Shown in pieces: positions 43,294 to 53,907 of a stretch of 55,898 bases of DNA. The stretch is taken from positions 1 through 55,898 of the forward strand of contig JBDTKY010000064.1 of NCBI GenBank assembly GCA_039935055.1, given 5' to 3'. Position 1 is the first letter of the stretch. Each line of letters starts with the position of its first letter. The notes beneath the pieces are model-generated. The model saw only the letters and a program-made list of their open reading frames with translations, did no database searches and had not been told where the DNA came from. Made by a program: the position numbers and the translations under genes. Source of the DNA: Nitrosospira sp. (GTDB lineage: Bacteria > Pseudomonadota > Gammaproteobacteria > Burkholderiales > Nitrosomonadaceae).

Positions 43294-44634
43294 TCAGAAC
43301 GGCAACATGAAATCGAGGGATAGCACGACCTGGTCTTTATGACCTCCAAAGGGTTTGTAAACTGCTCCGTGAAGAGCATCCGCGTTGTCATATCGAACGT
43401 TTGGACGAACATTAAATTTTTGCATCGGCTTCCAGTCGATCTTGAGTGTCTTTGCCGCTTTCCAATTCATACCCACAGTTATCTGGTAATAATCGGCAGG
43501 CATGCTGGTGCTATTGCCGAGGCGCCCCGATCCCAGAGCATAGCTAAACCCTTGGTTGTTAGTGGCGGCGGACACACGGCCAGGCGAAAAGACGCGGAAA
43601 CCGTCCCTGTCGCGGAACCATTCAGCACGCATACCCACGGATAACTCAGGAGTAAGGTCATAGTACAGATGTGTGTTGATGCCATACCACTGGGCATTCG
43701 TATTCACACCATTCAACAAAACCCCGCCGGCATAACCATGATCGTGTTGAAAAACAAAATGAGTTTTGGGGGTAATTTTGTGTTTCAACACCAGGCTGTA
43801 CAGCCCCCAAGGTTCATTGCTTCGGGTGGAAGTCTGGCCGTAGGTTCCGCTGAGATTGGCCGAACTTCCTATATCATCGCTGGTCCACGTGATACCAGCT
43901 ATGCCACCCCAGTTACCCAACTGCTTATCAAAACCGCCATCCCAACCACCGGTAGCGCTACCGGTGGTTGTCGCCCCTATGACGGACCAATTATTACTGA
44001 TCTTATAGTTACCCAGTACGCCAGTGTGGGTAAAGGGTTCGCCATATTGCATGGTGTAGGCATGGGTATAAAAGAAATTATCTGTTGCCGGAACCGACTC
44101 ATAACCGATAGGCGTATAAAAATGGCCGACCTTGACGTTCAGGCCATTACCAACCGGCACATAGGCCTCCGCATACGCCTGTGGAAGTGCGATGCCGTAG
44201 TAACGAGTTGAAGCACAACACAAATCGAGATCCCAATGACTTCTGTTCAAAGGTTGGCCGGAATTCACATCGAATGCCGGAACCCCATAAGCCTGCGTAA
44301 AAATGGCATCCGAACCAAACATGAAATCGAAACGGCCCCCGAAATCCCATGTGCTGCCCTCCGCCACCACAGCGCGCTGTACGAATATATTAAATTGATT
44401 CAACTGAGCTCGATTGGCCTGATCACCGAAAGTGACCGGCCCATTAAATCCGGTAGTCTGACCTGGATTGAAAGTGGCTCCGCCATTGATCCATCCCCCC
44501 ACTCTGATACCGCTATTTTTAAATAGATCCATTGCGGTATTAGCATGAGCATTGGTTGAATCCAAAGTCGTCGCTAAAAGACTGCCCACGAAGGCAAATA
44601 CCATCTGGCCCCTGTTTTTTTGTAGGCATGTCAT
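43294..44634 (-). CDS. Outer-membrane beta-barrel, BBP2/DUF1597-like, copy 1
   Basis: Signal peptide; QLNQ, LPQAY, GHFYTPIGYE, NFFYTH, EPFTHTG, RAEWFRD, RPNVRYD; C-terminal Phe. Confidence 0.85.
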   Translation of the reverse strand: MTCLQKNRGQMVFAFVGSLLATTLDSTNAHANTAMDLFKNSGIRVGGWINGGATFNPGQTTGFNGPVTFGDQANRAQLNQFNIFVQRAVVAEGSTWDFGGRFDFMFGSDAIFTQAYGVPAFDVNSGQPLNRSHWDLDLCCASTRYYGIALPQAYAEAYVPVGNGLNVKVGHFYTPIGYESVPATDNFFYTHAYTMQYGEPFTHTGVLGNYKISNNWSVIGATTTGSATGGWDGGFDKQLGNWGGIAGITWTSDDIGSSANLSGTYGQTSTRSNEPWGLYSLVLKHKITPKTHFVFQHDHGYAGGVLLNGVNTNAQWYGINTHLYYDLTPELSVGMRAEWFRDRDGFRVFSPGRVSAATNNQGFSYALGSGRLGNSTSMPADYYQITVGMNWKAAKTLKIDWKPMQKFNVRPNVRYDNADALHGAVYKPFGGHKDQVVLSLDFMLPF

Positions 44635-44681
44635 GTGTGATTTCCCCTAGATAAAGACACTACAATTAGTACAGGTATTAC

Positions 44682-44709
44682 ATTTTAACCGTAACATGGC
44701 ATATGTCAA
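44682..44709 (-). promoter_or_regulatory. Sigma70-like promoter of barrel copy 1
   Basis: TTGACA-16 bp-TAAAAT on the minus strand, with an AT-rich upstream tract. Confidence 0.55.
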
Positions 44710-45104
44710 TAATATGTGAAATTTTCGTTAATATTTTGTTAATTATTTGGTTTACAAGTACTCGGACGTGAATAAGCAGACGAACCAATGAAATTTCTAA
44801 TCAGCAAAGAATTATCGTCATATTTATGCGAATAATATGCGTGCCATACGTGTCATACCGCCACGAACTTTCGATTTGTGTTGCTTTCCTCAGCGAATGG
44901 CTGCAGCCGTCCTTCTCATATATCGCTATGGTCGTAGCTCGACACGCTCCTTCATTCTTGACGCAGTAGTTGAGATATCTTGAGAATTGATCCAGATTTG
45001 GTTCTTATAATAACTCGCGGATCCTCACAATTAAAAACCGAGATTCATCCCTCAGTTGATACTCAGTTCCGACAGAATTACACAGCATGGCTCGAACGGC
45101 CGAA

Positions 45105-46433
45105 TCAAAAAGGGATCATCGCATCGAGGGAAAACAGAAATTGATCCTTTCTGCTATCGAAAGGCCTGTATGACTGATTGATACCCTCTGCTCTGTCATA
45201 ACGAATATTAGGACGAATATTCAGCTTTTGCATCGGTTTCCAGTCAATCTTCAGTCTTTTTGCCGGTTTCCAATTCATGCCCAGCGTGACCTCGTAATAA
45301 TCAGCAGGTGCAGCAGTGGATACGAAGTTGCCCGCAAAACTGGATCCTGTGCTATCGGTGGCAGCAAGCACCCGAAATGGCGAAAAGACACGGAAACCAT
45401 CTCTATCACGAAACCACTCACCACGAATACCTATAGATAAGTCATTCAGGAGATCATAATACAAATGCGTGTTGATGCTATACCATTCAGCATTCTTGGG
45501 TGATCCGTTCAGCAGGACCCCTCCAGCATAACCCTGGACATGGTGCAAAACCAGGTGCGTTTTAGGGGTAATCCTATGTTGCAGTACAACATTGTACATA
45601 CCCCAGGGTTTATTGCTTCGTGTGGAAGTTTCGCTGTAAGTACCTGTGATATTAATCGAGCTTCTCATATCATCACTGGTCCAGGTAATACCGCCCAAAC
45701 CACCCCAGTTGCCCAATTGTTTATCAAAAGTGCCATCCCATCCACCCGTGGCACTGCCAGTGATTGCGCCACCCATGAGAGACCAGTTCTTATTGACCGC
45801 GTAGTTGCCCACCAGTCCGACATGAGTAAACGGTTCACCATTATTAAAGGTATAGGCATGGGTATAGAAGAAATTGTCAGGAGCCGGGACCGTCTCATAA
45901 CCGGTTGGTGAGTAAAAATGGCCCGCCTTGAGGTTCAGGCCGTTACCGACGGGAATATAAGCTTCCACATAAGCTTGCGGGAGCGCGATACCGTAAGTGC
46001 GTGTCGACGAACAGCACAAATTAAGATCCCAATTTCCCCTGTTCATTGGCTGCCCGGAATTCACGTCAGAAGGAGGAATACCGAAAGCTTGGGTATAAAT
46101 CGCATCCGTACCGAACATAAAATCAAAACGACCGCCGATATCGAACGCCTTGCCTTCGGTTACCACGGTACGCTGTATAAATAAATTAAATTGATTCAGC
46201 TGAAATCGGTTGGCTCGATCAGCGAAAGTAACGGAGCCATTGTATCCATTGGCTGGATTACCTGGGTTGTAAGTTGCTCCAGCATTAATCCAGCCTCCGA
46301 CCTTGAGGCCGCTATCTTTAAATAGATTTAATAAGGTATCAGCATAAGCGTTACTTGAATTCATAACAATTGATAACAGACTGCCTGCTACGACAAGCAT
46401 CATCTGGCTTCTGCATTTTGGCAGACGTTTCAT
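45105..46433 (-). CDS. Outer-membrane beta-barrel, BBP2/DUF1597-like, copy 2
   Basis: Same motifs and collinear with copy 1; ends MIPF. Confidence 0.85.
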   Translation of the reverse strand: MKRLPKCRSQMMLVVAGSLLSIVMNSSNAYADTLLNLFKDSGLKVGGWINAGATYNPGNPANGYNGSVTFADRANRFQLNQFNLFIQRTVVTEGKAFDIGGRFDFMFGTDAIYTQAFGIPPSDVNSGQPMNRGNWDLNLCCSSTRTYGIALPQAYVEAYIPVGNGLNLKAGHFYSPTGYETVPAPDNFFYTHAYTFNNGEPFTHVGLVGNYAVNKNWSLMGGAITGSATGGWDGTFDKQLGNWGGLGGITWTSDDMRSSINITGTYSETSTRSNKPWGMYNVVLQHRITPKTHLVLHHVQGYAGGVLLNGSPKNAEWYSINTHLYYDLLNDLSIGIRGEWFRDRDGFRVFSPFRVLAATDSTGSSFAGNFVSTAAPADYYEVTLGMNWKPAKRLKIDWKPMQKLNIRPNIRYDRAEGINQSYRPFDSRKDQFLFSLDAMIPF

Positions 46434-46611
46434 TTATGAATTTCCTTAGTTCCCTGGACTTAAGGATTTGATAGAAAATAAAATACATTGATATTTTTTT
46501 GGTGTATGTAATACGGTATCAATCCGCTAACATTCCCTCAAAAAAAAACATCATTTCATCGTAAGTTGCCATTTTGGGTAGCAATATATATCCCGGTCAT
46601 GGTTATCCAAA

Positions 46612-47934
46612 TCAGAAGGGGATCGTGGCATCCAGCGAGAACAGAAATTGATCTTTCCTGCCATCAAACGGCCGGAATGCCATATCAATCCCGTCCGCTC
46701 GGTCATAACGAATATTTGGCCGAATATTCACCTTCTGCATCGGCTTCCACTCAACTTTCAGCCTTTTGGCCGGTTTCCAATTCATACCCAGCGTGACCGC
46801 GTAATAATCAGCGGGCGCGCTGATAAAAGGAATGTTGCCCGCATAACTGACACCCTTGTTATTAAGCGCAGAAAGTATCCGGTAAGGTGAGAAGACCCGC
46901 CAACCGTTTCGATCGGTGAACCGTTCAGCGCGTATGCCCACGGACAAATCATGGAGAAGGTCATATGTTAAGTGCGTGTTGATGCTATACCATTCTGCAT
47001 TCTGGATTCCTCCTGGCAGGCTGATATTAGCTGCCCAGCCATGGGTGTGATGCACGACCATATGGATTCTAGGCGTGACCCGATGCTGCAGGACGACGCT
47101 ATACATGATCCAGGGGTCGTTTGTCGCAGTCTGCCCATAGGTCCCGCCGATAGTGGCTGAGGTTCTTTTATCGTCGCTGCTCCAAAGGACGCCACCTAAA
47201 CCGCCCCAATTATCCAACTGTTTATCAAAGCCTCCGTCCCAACCACCGGTGGCGCTGCCCGTGGTTGCGCCGCCTAGAACAGACCAGTTTGCATTGACTG
47301 TATAGTTGCCCAACAATCCCGTATGAGTAAACGGCTCGCCGCTGTTAAGGATATAGGCATGGGTATAGAAAAAATTGTCGGGAGCGGGGACCGTTTCATA
47401 ACCAAGCGGCGTATAAAAATGCCCGGCCTTGATATTGAGGCCATTACCGATCGGCACGTAAGCCTCCAAATATGCCTGCGGGAGTGCGATACCGTAGGTG
47501 CGAGTCGATTTACAGCACAAATTGAGATCCCAGTTACCCCTGTTCGAAGGCTCCCCGGTATTCTCGTCGAATGCCGAAATACCGAAAGCCTGGGTATAGA
47601 TGGCGTCCGTGCCAAACAGAAAATCGAAACGGCCCCCAATATCCCATCCTGTGCCTTCTGATGGTACGGCACGCTGTATAAATAAATTGAACTGGTTCAA
47701 CTGAAATCGATTAGCCCGGTCCGCAAAAGTAACAGCACCATTGAAACCATCGGATGGGTTATTCGCATTGTAAGTTGCTCCACCATTGATCCAACCGCCA
47801 ATTTCCATGCCGCTTTCCTTGAACAGATTCTTTAAGCTATTGGCATGCACGTCGCTTAAGCTCAAAATAATCAACAACAGGACGCCCACTACAGCGAATA
47901 TCGCCTGGTTTATGTATTCTGATGCGCCGCCCAT
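46612..47934 (-). CDS. Outer-membrane beta-barrel, BBP2/DUF1597-like, copy 3
   Basis: Same motifs and collinear with copies 1 and 2; ends TIPF. Confidence 0.85.
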   Translation of the reverse strand: MGGASEYINQAIFAVVGVLLLIILSLSDVHANSLKNLFKESGMEIGGWINGGATYNANNPSDGFNGAVTFADRANRFQLNQFNLFIQRAVPSEGTGWDIGGRFDFLFGTDAIYTQAFGISAFDENTGEPSNRGNWDLNLCCKSTRTYGIALPQAYLEAYVPIGNGLNIKAGHFYTPLGYETVPAPDNFFYTHAYILNSGEPFTHTGLLGNYTVNANWSVLGGATTGSATGGWDGGFDKQLDNWGGLGGVLWSSDDKRTSATIGGTYGQTATNDPWIMYSVVLQHRVTPRIHMVVHHTHGWAANISLPGGIQNAEWYSINTHLTYDLLHDLSVGIRAERFTDRNGWRVFSPYRILSALNNKGVSYAGNIPFISAPADYYAVTLGMNWKPAKRLKVEWKPMQKVNIRPNIRYDRADGIDMAFRPFDGRKDQFLFSLDATIPF

Positions 47935-48158
47935 TAATATGATTTCCCTTTCATGATGGGATTTACAAACATATTACCTATTCTCATATTCGTCTACGAT
48001 CGTTTCCGAGATTGTTTATTGAGTGAGAACCGGCGTCTTTTATTGAACACGCCGAGATGGGCAGTCGCAGCACCGCTGAATATCCTATCCCGCTAAAACT
48101 CAAGCGTTAATATGTGCCCTTGAGCCGCTAAGCCTGATATGGAAATTCGTATTGGTAT

Positions 48159-49670
48159 CTATCCCAGGAATAATTTATACGCCGGATTATTTGTCTCATC
48201 CCAATAATGGTTCTCAAGCTGCTTGAGAAATGCTTTGAATTCGGCTTTCTCTTCAGGCGGCACCTCCATGCCCACCAGCACTCGACCGTAGTCAGCGCCA
48301 TGGTTGCGGTAATGGAATAAGCTGATATTCCAGTGATGGCTCATGCTATTCAGAAATTTCATCAGGGCTCCGGGGCGATCGGGAAATTCAAAACGATAGA
48401 GGAGCTCATTTTTTACATCACGGGCGCGTCCTCCCACCAGATGACGTATATGAAGTTTTGCCATTTCATTGTCAGTCAAATCCTCGGTGCGCAGGCCGCT
48501 TTTCTCCAGACTCCTGATCAATTTTGCCGCTTCATCCCGGTTGCGTACCGATACGGCGACGAATACGTGCGCTTCTTTCGGGTCGGCATAACGGTAATTG
48601 AATTCAGTGATGCTTTTTGTTCCCAGCATGGTGCAAAATTTCTTGAAGCTTCCGGGCTCCTCGGGAATGGTTACCGCCATCACCGCTTCCCGCCGCTCGC
48701 CCAGCTCCGCCCGTTCGGAAATATGACGCAGCCGGTCGAAGTTCATGTTGGCACCCGAGGCAATTGCAATCAGATTTTTATCGCGAATCTTCTCACGCTT
48801 GACGTATGCCTTCGCACCGGCGATGGAGAGTGCTCCGGACGGCTCCAGGACGGCGCGAGTGTCCTCGAACACATCCTTGATCGCGGCACAAATGGCGTCG
48901 GTATCCACCAGTATGATTTCATCCACCAGCTCACGACACAGGCGGAAAGTTTCCACCCCCACCTGCTTAACCGCCACACCATCCGCAAATAATCCTACGT
49001 GGGCGAGCTTGACTCGGCGTCCCGCTCGTAGCGATTGGTACATAGTATCGGCATCGATCGGCTCGACTCCGATAATTTTGACTTCCGGATACAACCTTTT
49101 TACATATGCGGCGATACCAGAAATAAGTCCGCCGCCACCTATCGGCGCAAATATGGCGTAGATCGCGCCGGTATGCTGACGCAGGATCTCCATTCCGATG
49201 GTACCCTGTCCCGCTATGACGTCGGGATCATCGTAAGGATGCACAAAAGTCGCACGTTCCTCTGTCGCCAATTCAAGTGCGCGAGCATACGCCTCGTCAT
49301 AGGAATCACCGTGAGTCACCACTGTCGCGCCGCGCGCCTCTACCGCCTGCATCTTGATTTGCGGTGTGGTAACAGGCATTACGATAGTGGCACGGCAATT
49401 CAACCGTTGCGCCGCGAGCGCTACTCCCTGCGCATGGTTGCCGGCAGAAGCTGTCACCACTCCACGCTTGAGCGCGGCGGAAGAAAGCTTAACCATTTTA
49501 TTGTAGGCACCACGCACTTTGAAAGAAAATACCTGCTGCATATCCTCCCGCTTCAGCAGTAGCCGGTTGTGCATGCGCGCAGACAAATTCGGCGCCAGTT
49601 CCAACGGGCTTTCCGTCGTCACATCATAAACCTGAGCGGTCAGAATTCGTTCGAGGTAGCTGTTTTTCAT
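48159..49670 (-). CDS. ilvA: Threonine dehydratase, biosynthetic
   Basis: FSFKVRGA (PLP Lys), SAGNHAQG, GGGGL, two regulatory domains ending NISLFHYRNHG. Confidence 0.98.
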   Translation of the reverse strand: MKNSYLERILTAQVYDVTTESPLELAPNLSARMHNRLLLKREDMQQVFSFKVRGAYNKMVKLSSAALKRGVVTASAGNHAQGVALAAQRLNCRATIVMPVTTPQIKMQAVEARGATVVTHGDSYDEAYARALELATEERATFVHPYDDPDVIAGQGTIGMEILRQHTGAIYAIFAPIGGGGLISGIAAYVKRLYPEVKIIGVEPIDADTMYQSLRAGRRVKLAHVGLFADGVAVKQVGVETFRLCRELVDEIILVDTDAICAAIKDVFEDTRAVLEPSGALSIAGAKAYVKREKIRDKNLIAIASGANMNFDRLRHISERAELGERREAVMAVTIPEEPGSFKKFCTMLGTKSITEFNYRYADPKEAHVFVAVSVRNRDEAAKLIRSLEKSGLRTEDLTDNEMAKLHIRHLVGGRARDVKNELLYRFEFPDRPGALMKFLNSMSHHWNISLFHYRNHGADYGRVLVGMEVPPEEKAEFKAFLKQLENHYWDETNNPAYKLFLG

Positions 49671-49808
49671 CGCAGTGTGCGTTCTGGAATGTTGGGGACT
49701 GCGGATTTTAGCATGCCGTAGATGCCCTAAACATCAGATTCATTGTTAAAATTGATGGATAGGATTATCCTGACAGACGGTTACTTATTTCTATTTACAA
49801 AATACATC

Positions 49809-50468
49809 ATGACGCAAGACGAACAAAAACGCGCAGCCGCACAGGCCGCTATCCAATATGTTCCCGCCGGTTGCGTGGTCGGTGTGGGTACTGGGTCCAC
49901 CGCAAATTACTTCATAGATGAATTGGCCAAGATCAAGCATAAAATCGAGGGAGCGGTGGCAAGTTCAGAGGCGACCGCTCAGCGCCTTGACGGGCATGGA
50001 ATCGAGGTTATCGACTTAAACAGTGTTGATATACTCCCGGTTTATATAGATGGCACCGACGAAATCACTGAGCATCTCGCTATGATAAAAGGTGGGGGGG
50101 GGGCGCTGACGCGCGAGAAAATCGTCGCGGCCGTGGCGAAAAAATTTATCTGTATTGCCGATCAGAGTAAGCTTGTAAAAGTGCTTGGTAAATTTCCACT
50201 GCCGGTAGAAGTAATCCCGATGGCCCGCAGCTATGTGGCACGTGAGATAACGCGACTGGGCGGACAGCCCATGTTACGCCAAGGATTTACCACTGACAAT
50301 GGCAACATAATTCTGGACGTGCATGGCTTACAAATTTTGAATCCGGCTGAACTGGAGACGACGCTCAATCACATAACGGGTGTAGTAACCAATGGTCTAT
50401 TCGCGAAACGCGGCGCCGATGTGTTGCTGCTGGGTATCAATGATGGTATCCGGACGATTGTTATCTAA
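49809..50468 (+). CDS. rpiA: Ribose-5-phosphate isomerase A
   Basis: [29 protein letters not shown]; start at MTQDE. Confidence 0.97.
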   Translation: MTQDEQKRAAAQAAIQYVPAGCVVGVGTGSTANYFIDELAKIKHKIEGAVASSEATAQRLDGHGIEVIDLNSVDILPVYIDGTDEITEHLAMIKGGGGALTREKIVAAVAKKFICIADQSKLVKVLGKFPLPVEVIPMARSYVAREITRLGGQPMLRQGFTTDNGNIILDVHGLQILNPAELETTLNHITGVVTNGLFAKRGADVLLLGINDGIRTIVI

Positions 50469-50474
50469 TGGGAT

Positions 50475-50508
50475 CAGCAACAAAACTGTCACAACCGGCG
50501 CGTATCAT
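50475..50508 (+). promoter_or_regulatory. Pho box and -10 element of phoU-ppx
   Basis: CAGCAAC-AAAA-CTGTCAC, then exactly 10 bp, then TATCAT, which is canonical PhoB promoter geometry. Confidence 0.7.
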
Positions 50509-50539
50509 TCTCTGCTTTTAACTGTTCAAAAGGTATGCA

Positions 50540-51247
50540 ATGGCTAGCAGTGAACATATCTCTAAGCAGTTTGACGCCGACCTTGAGGCGGTGCGCACGC
50601 GCGTGTTACATATGGGTGGATTTGTAGAGGAGCAGATTGAGAAAGCCATTGAGGCGCTTACCAGCGGTAACGAGAGTCTAATCGAAAATATTATTGCTGA
50701 TGACCATCGCGTGAATGCGATGGAAGTGTCGATAGACGAAATCTGTAGCCAGATCATCGCGCGCCGACAGCCTGCAGCTGGCGATTTACGCATGATTATG
50801 ACGGTCATCAAGACCATTACCGATCTGGAGCGTATTGGCGATGAAGCCGAAAAGATCGCGCGCATGGCAAAGCTGATTTACGAAACTGATCGCATGCATA
50901 TGCCACGCTTCGTGGAAATCAGACATGTCGCCAACATCGCATTGGAAATGCTGCACAAATCGCTGGATGCATTTGCCCGTTTAGACCTGACGGCAGCGGC
51001 CCGGGTCGTGCGCCAAGATGAACAGGTAGACGAAGAATTCCGCTCTATCATGCGTCAGCTCATCACTTTCATGATGGAAGATCCACGCAAAATCTCTACT
51101 GCCCTTGAAATCCTGTTTATAGCCAAAGCAATTGAGCGCATTGGCGATCACGCCAAGAACATGTCGGAATATGTGATCTATATGGTAAAGGGCAGAGATG
51201 TCCGGCATGTGACTGTTGAAGAGATCGAGCGCGAAGTAAGGGAATAA
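50540..51247 (+). CDS. phoU: Phosphate signalling protein PhoU
   Basis: RQPAAGDLR, DLERIGD, IERIGDHAKN. Confidence 0.98.
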   Translation: MASSEHISKQFDADLEAVRTRVLHMGGFVEEQIEKAIEALTSGNESLIENIIADDHRVNAMEVSIDEICSQIIARRQPAAGDLRMIMTVIKTITDLERIGDEAEKIARMAKLIYETDRMHMPRFVEIRHVANIALEMLHKSLDAFARLDLTAAARVVRQDEQVDEEFRSIMRQLITFMMEDPRKISTALEILFIAKAIERIGDHAKNMSEYVIYMVKGRDVRHVTVEEIEREVRE

Positions 51248-51252
51248 ACCCC

Positions 51253-52809
51253 ATGCTCGAATACTCCACCCTCGCAGCAGTGGATCTTGGCTCTAATAGC
51301 TTTCGTCTGCAAGTAGCGCGAGTAGTAGGAAAGCAGATTTATCCGCTAGATAGCTTACGCGAAATGGTACGGCTTGCTGCCGGACTTACCGCCGACAAGC
51401 GGCTGGATGAGGACTCCCAGGTACGTGCTTTGGAGTGCCTCAAACGTTTTGGTGAGCGTCTGCGGGGCTTTCCACCGCACGCAGTTCGCGCAGTCGGCAC
51501 AAATTCACTGCGAGTAGCAAAGAACGCATCAGCCTTTCTAAAGCAAGCCGAAGCAGCGATTGGATTCCCCATTGAGGTTATTGCCGGGCGCGAGGAAGCA
51601 CGGCTGATCTATCTGGGCGTCGCTCATAGTCTGCCAGCTTCTAGTGATGACCGATTGGTTATGGACATCGGTGGCGGTTCTACCGAATTTATTATTGGCC
51701 GCCATCTAAAACCGACAAAGCTCGAGAGTCTTTACATGGGCTGTGTCAGCTACAGTTTGCGCTATTTCCCCGACGGCAAAATTACCAAGGGCGCTATGAG
51801 GCGGGCTGAGCTTGCCGCGCGCAGCGAGGTGCAGGCTATTGCCGCCGAATTCTCAGGTGCCCACTGGCAAGACGCATTTGGCTCATCCGGCACAGCACGC
51901 GCGCTGGGTGAAATTATAAAGCTGAACAATTTCGGTGATGGCAGCAACGCTGGGGACATCACTTCAGAAGGACTGGGCTGTTTTCGCGACCATCTCCTCA
52001 AAGTTGGCGATATTAAAAAGCTGGAAATTGCCGGACTACGTGCTGATCGGGCGCCTGTCATCCCCGGTGGTTTTGCCATCATGTCCGCCGCGTTTTCCGA
52101 GCTGGGTATCCGCCGTATGTCCCAAGCCATGGGAGCCTTGCGTCAAGGTGTCCTCTATGATTTGTTGGGGCGCTTCCATAATCAGGATATGCGCGAAGTG
52201 ACGGTGAGACAATTCATGCAGCGCTACCGGGTAGATTCTGCACAGGCAAAGCGGGTGGAATCGTTTGCCTTATTGCTGGGCAAACAGTTGCTGGCGGAAT
52301 TCCCTGATGAAGCGGAAGAAATGCTGCATTTCCTTTCGTGGTCGGCACGACTGCATGAAGTCGGCATTTCAGTAGCCCATTCCAGCTATCACAAACATTC
52401 CGCATATATTCTCGGTAACGCTGACATGCCCGGTTTCTCAAGAATGGAACAAAAGCGTCTGAGTTTGCTTACACTTGCTCATCGGGGTGTTATCGGTAAA
52501 GCACGAGAGTCTATTGTCGAACCGACGGATTTTGCGCTGCTGTTCGCGCTACGCCTGGCAACGTTGTTTCATCGCAGCCGCAGTGATATCGAGTTGCCTA
52601 AATTGGAAGTGCGCATGAGCAATACAGAATTCGAACTGTTCATCGAAGAGGGATGGATGGAACGCAACCCGTTAACCGATACTGCGCTGTCTGCCGAAAT
52701 TGAAGAATGGGTCACCTTCGGTTTCAATTTCCGTATAAAGGAGGGGAAACTGGGGGATAATAACGCTTGCAGAGCGGATAAAGCTGCCAGAAGCACGACT
52801 AGCGCATAA
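51253..52809 (+). CDS. ppx: Exopolyphosphatase
   Basis: AAVDLGSNSF, GREEARLIYLG, DIGGGSTE, LHEVG, HKHSAY. Confidence 0.95.
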   Translation: MLEYSTLAAVDLGSNSFRLQVARVVGKQIYPLDSLREMVRLAAGLTADKRLDEDSQVRALECLKRFGERLRGFPPHAVRAVGTNSLRVAKNASAFLKQAEAAIGFPIEVIAGREEARLIYLGVAHSLPASSDDRLVMDIGGGSTEFIIGRHLKPTKLESLYMGCVSYSLRYFPDGKITKGAMRRAELAARSEVQAIAAEFSGAHWQDAFGSSGTARALGEIIKLNNFGDGSNAGDITSEGLGCFRDHLLKVGDIKKLEIAGLRADRAPVIPGGFAIMSAAFSELGIRRMSQAMGALRQGVLYDLLGRFHNQDMREVTVRQFMQRYRVDSAQAKRVESFALLLGKQLLAEFPDEAEEMLHFLSWSARLHEVGISVAHSSYHKHSAYILGNADMPGFSRMEQKRLSLLTLAHRGVIGKARESIVEPTDFALLFALRLATLFHRSRSDIELPKLEVRMSNTEFELFIEEGWMERNPLTDTALSAEIEEWVTFGFNFRIKEGKLGDNNACRADKAARSTTSA

Positions 52810-52822
52810 TCCGATAAAGCCG

Positions 52823-53893
52823 ATGGCATCTCATTCCAAAAAGAGGTCTACTAAAGCAGGATTGCCGCCGGGGACGCTGGTGCATATCGGCAAAAAAACA
52901 ACCGCTACCCCCCACATTATTCTGTTGAACTACGACGAAAGTGGTGTGCGCGGATCTGAAGTAACTGCTGCTAACCTGGCTGATAAGATTAAGCTCGCAC
53001 GCGGCACCACGTGGCTCAACGTTCACGGGTTAGGGGATACCGCCGTAATGGAGCAAATCGGCGCGTGTTTTAATCTTCATCCGCTGGTGCTGGAGGACAT
53101 ATTTAATACCGAGCAGCGCTCAAAGCTGGAAGATTACGGTGATTACCTCTATGTGGTGCTAAAAACCTTCGCTTATGAAAATAAGGGGCCGGAAGAAAGA
53201 ATAGATTCTGATCAGATCAGTCTGATATTGGGGAAAAATTTCGTGCTATCGTTTCTTGAAACGGATGGCGTTCAATTCGGGGCGGTGCGCGAACGCTTGC
53301 ATTCAGATAAAGGCCAGATCAGAAAGGCGGGCGCGGATTTTCTGATGTATGGTTTAATTGACGCCATTGTGGACGGCTACTTCGTCATTCTTGAACGGCT
53401 CGATGAGAAAACGGAAGCATTGGAATCCGAACTGATAGCCAATCCTCGGCCAAGTACCCTGCATTCAATTTACCGTCTAAAGCGTGAAGGTGTTTTTCTA
53501 CGAAAATCACTGTGGCCGCTACGAGAAGTTATCAGTTCTTTGCAACGGGGGGATTCGCCGTTGTTTACCCGCAATACATTACTTTATCTACGAGACGTAT
53601 ACGATCATACCATTCACATCATCGAGTCGGTTGAGTCTCTGCGCGACCTGACCGCAGGCATGCTCGACATCTATATATCCAGCGTAAGCTACCGTATCAG
53701 TACGGTAATGAAAGTTCTCACCGTCATTACCACCATATTTATGCCGCTATCCCTGATTGCCGGCATCTATGGCATGAATTTTAAATATTTGCCGGGGCTC
53801 GAATGGGATTGGGGATTTTTCGCGGTGATGGGGGCAATGGCAGCAATCAGCGCGGGAATGCTGGCCCTATTTCGCTGGAAGAAATGGTTGTAG
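52823..53893 (+). CDS. corA: Mg/Co transporter CorA
   Basis: GLPPGTL, LHPLVLED, YGMNF signature, two C-terminal TM helices. Confidence 0.96.
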   Translation: MASHSKKRSTKAGLPPGTLVHIGKKTTATPHIILLNYDESGVRGSEVTAANLADKIKLARGTTWLNVHGLGDTAVMEQIGACFNLHPLVLEDIFNTEQRSKLEDYGDYLYVVLKTFAYENKGPEERIDSDQISLILGKNFVLSFLETDGVQFGAVRERLHSDKGQIRKAGADFLMYGLIDAIVDGYFVILERLDEKTEALESELIANPRPSTLHSIYRLKREGVFLRKSLWPLREVISSLQRGDSPLFTRNTLLYLRDVYDHTIHIIESVESLRDLTAGMLDIYISSVSYRISTVMKVLTVITTIFMPLSLIAGIYGMNFKYLPGLEWDWGFFAVMGAMAAISAGMLALFRWKKWL

Positions 53894-53907
53894 TAAAATT
53901 AAATACC

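Noticed and set aside
44870-44970. Possible degenerate MITE between barrel copies 1 and 2
   Set aside because: No identifiable TIR pair or target duplication.
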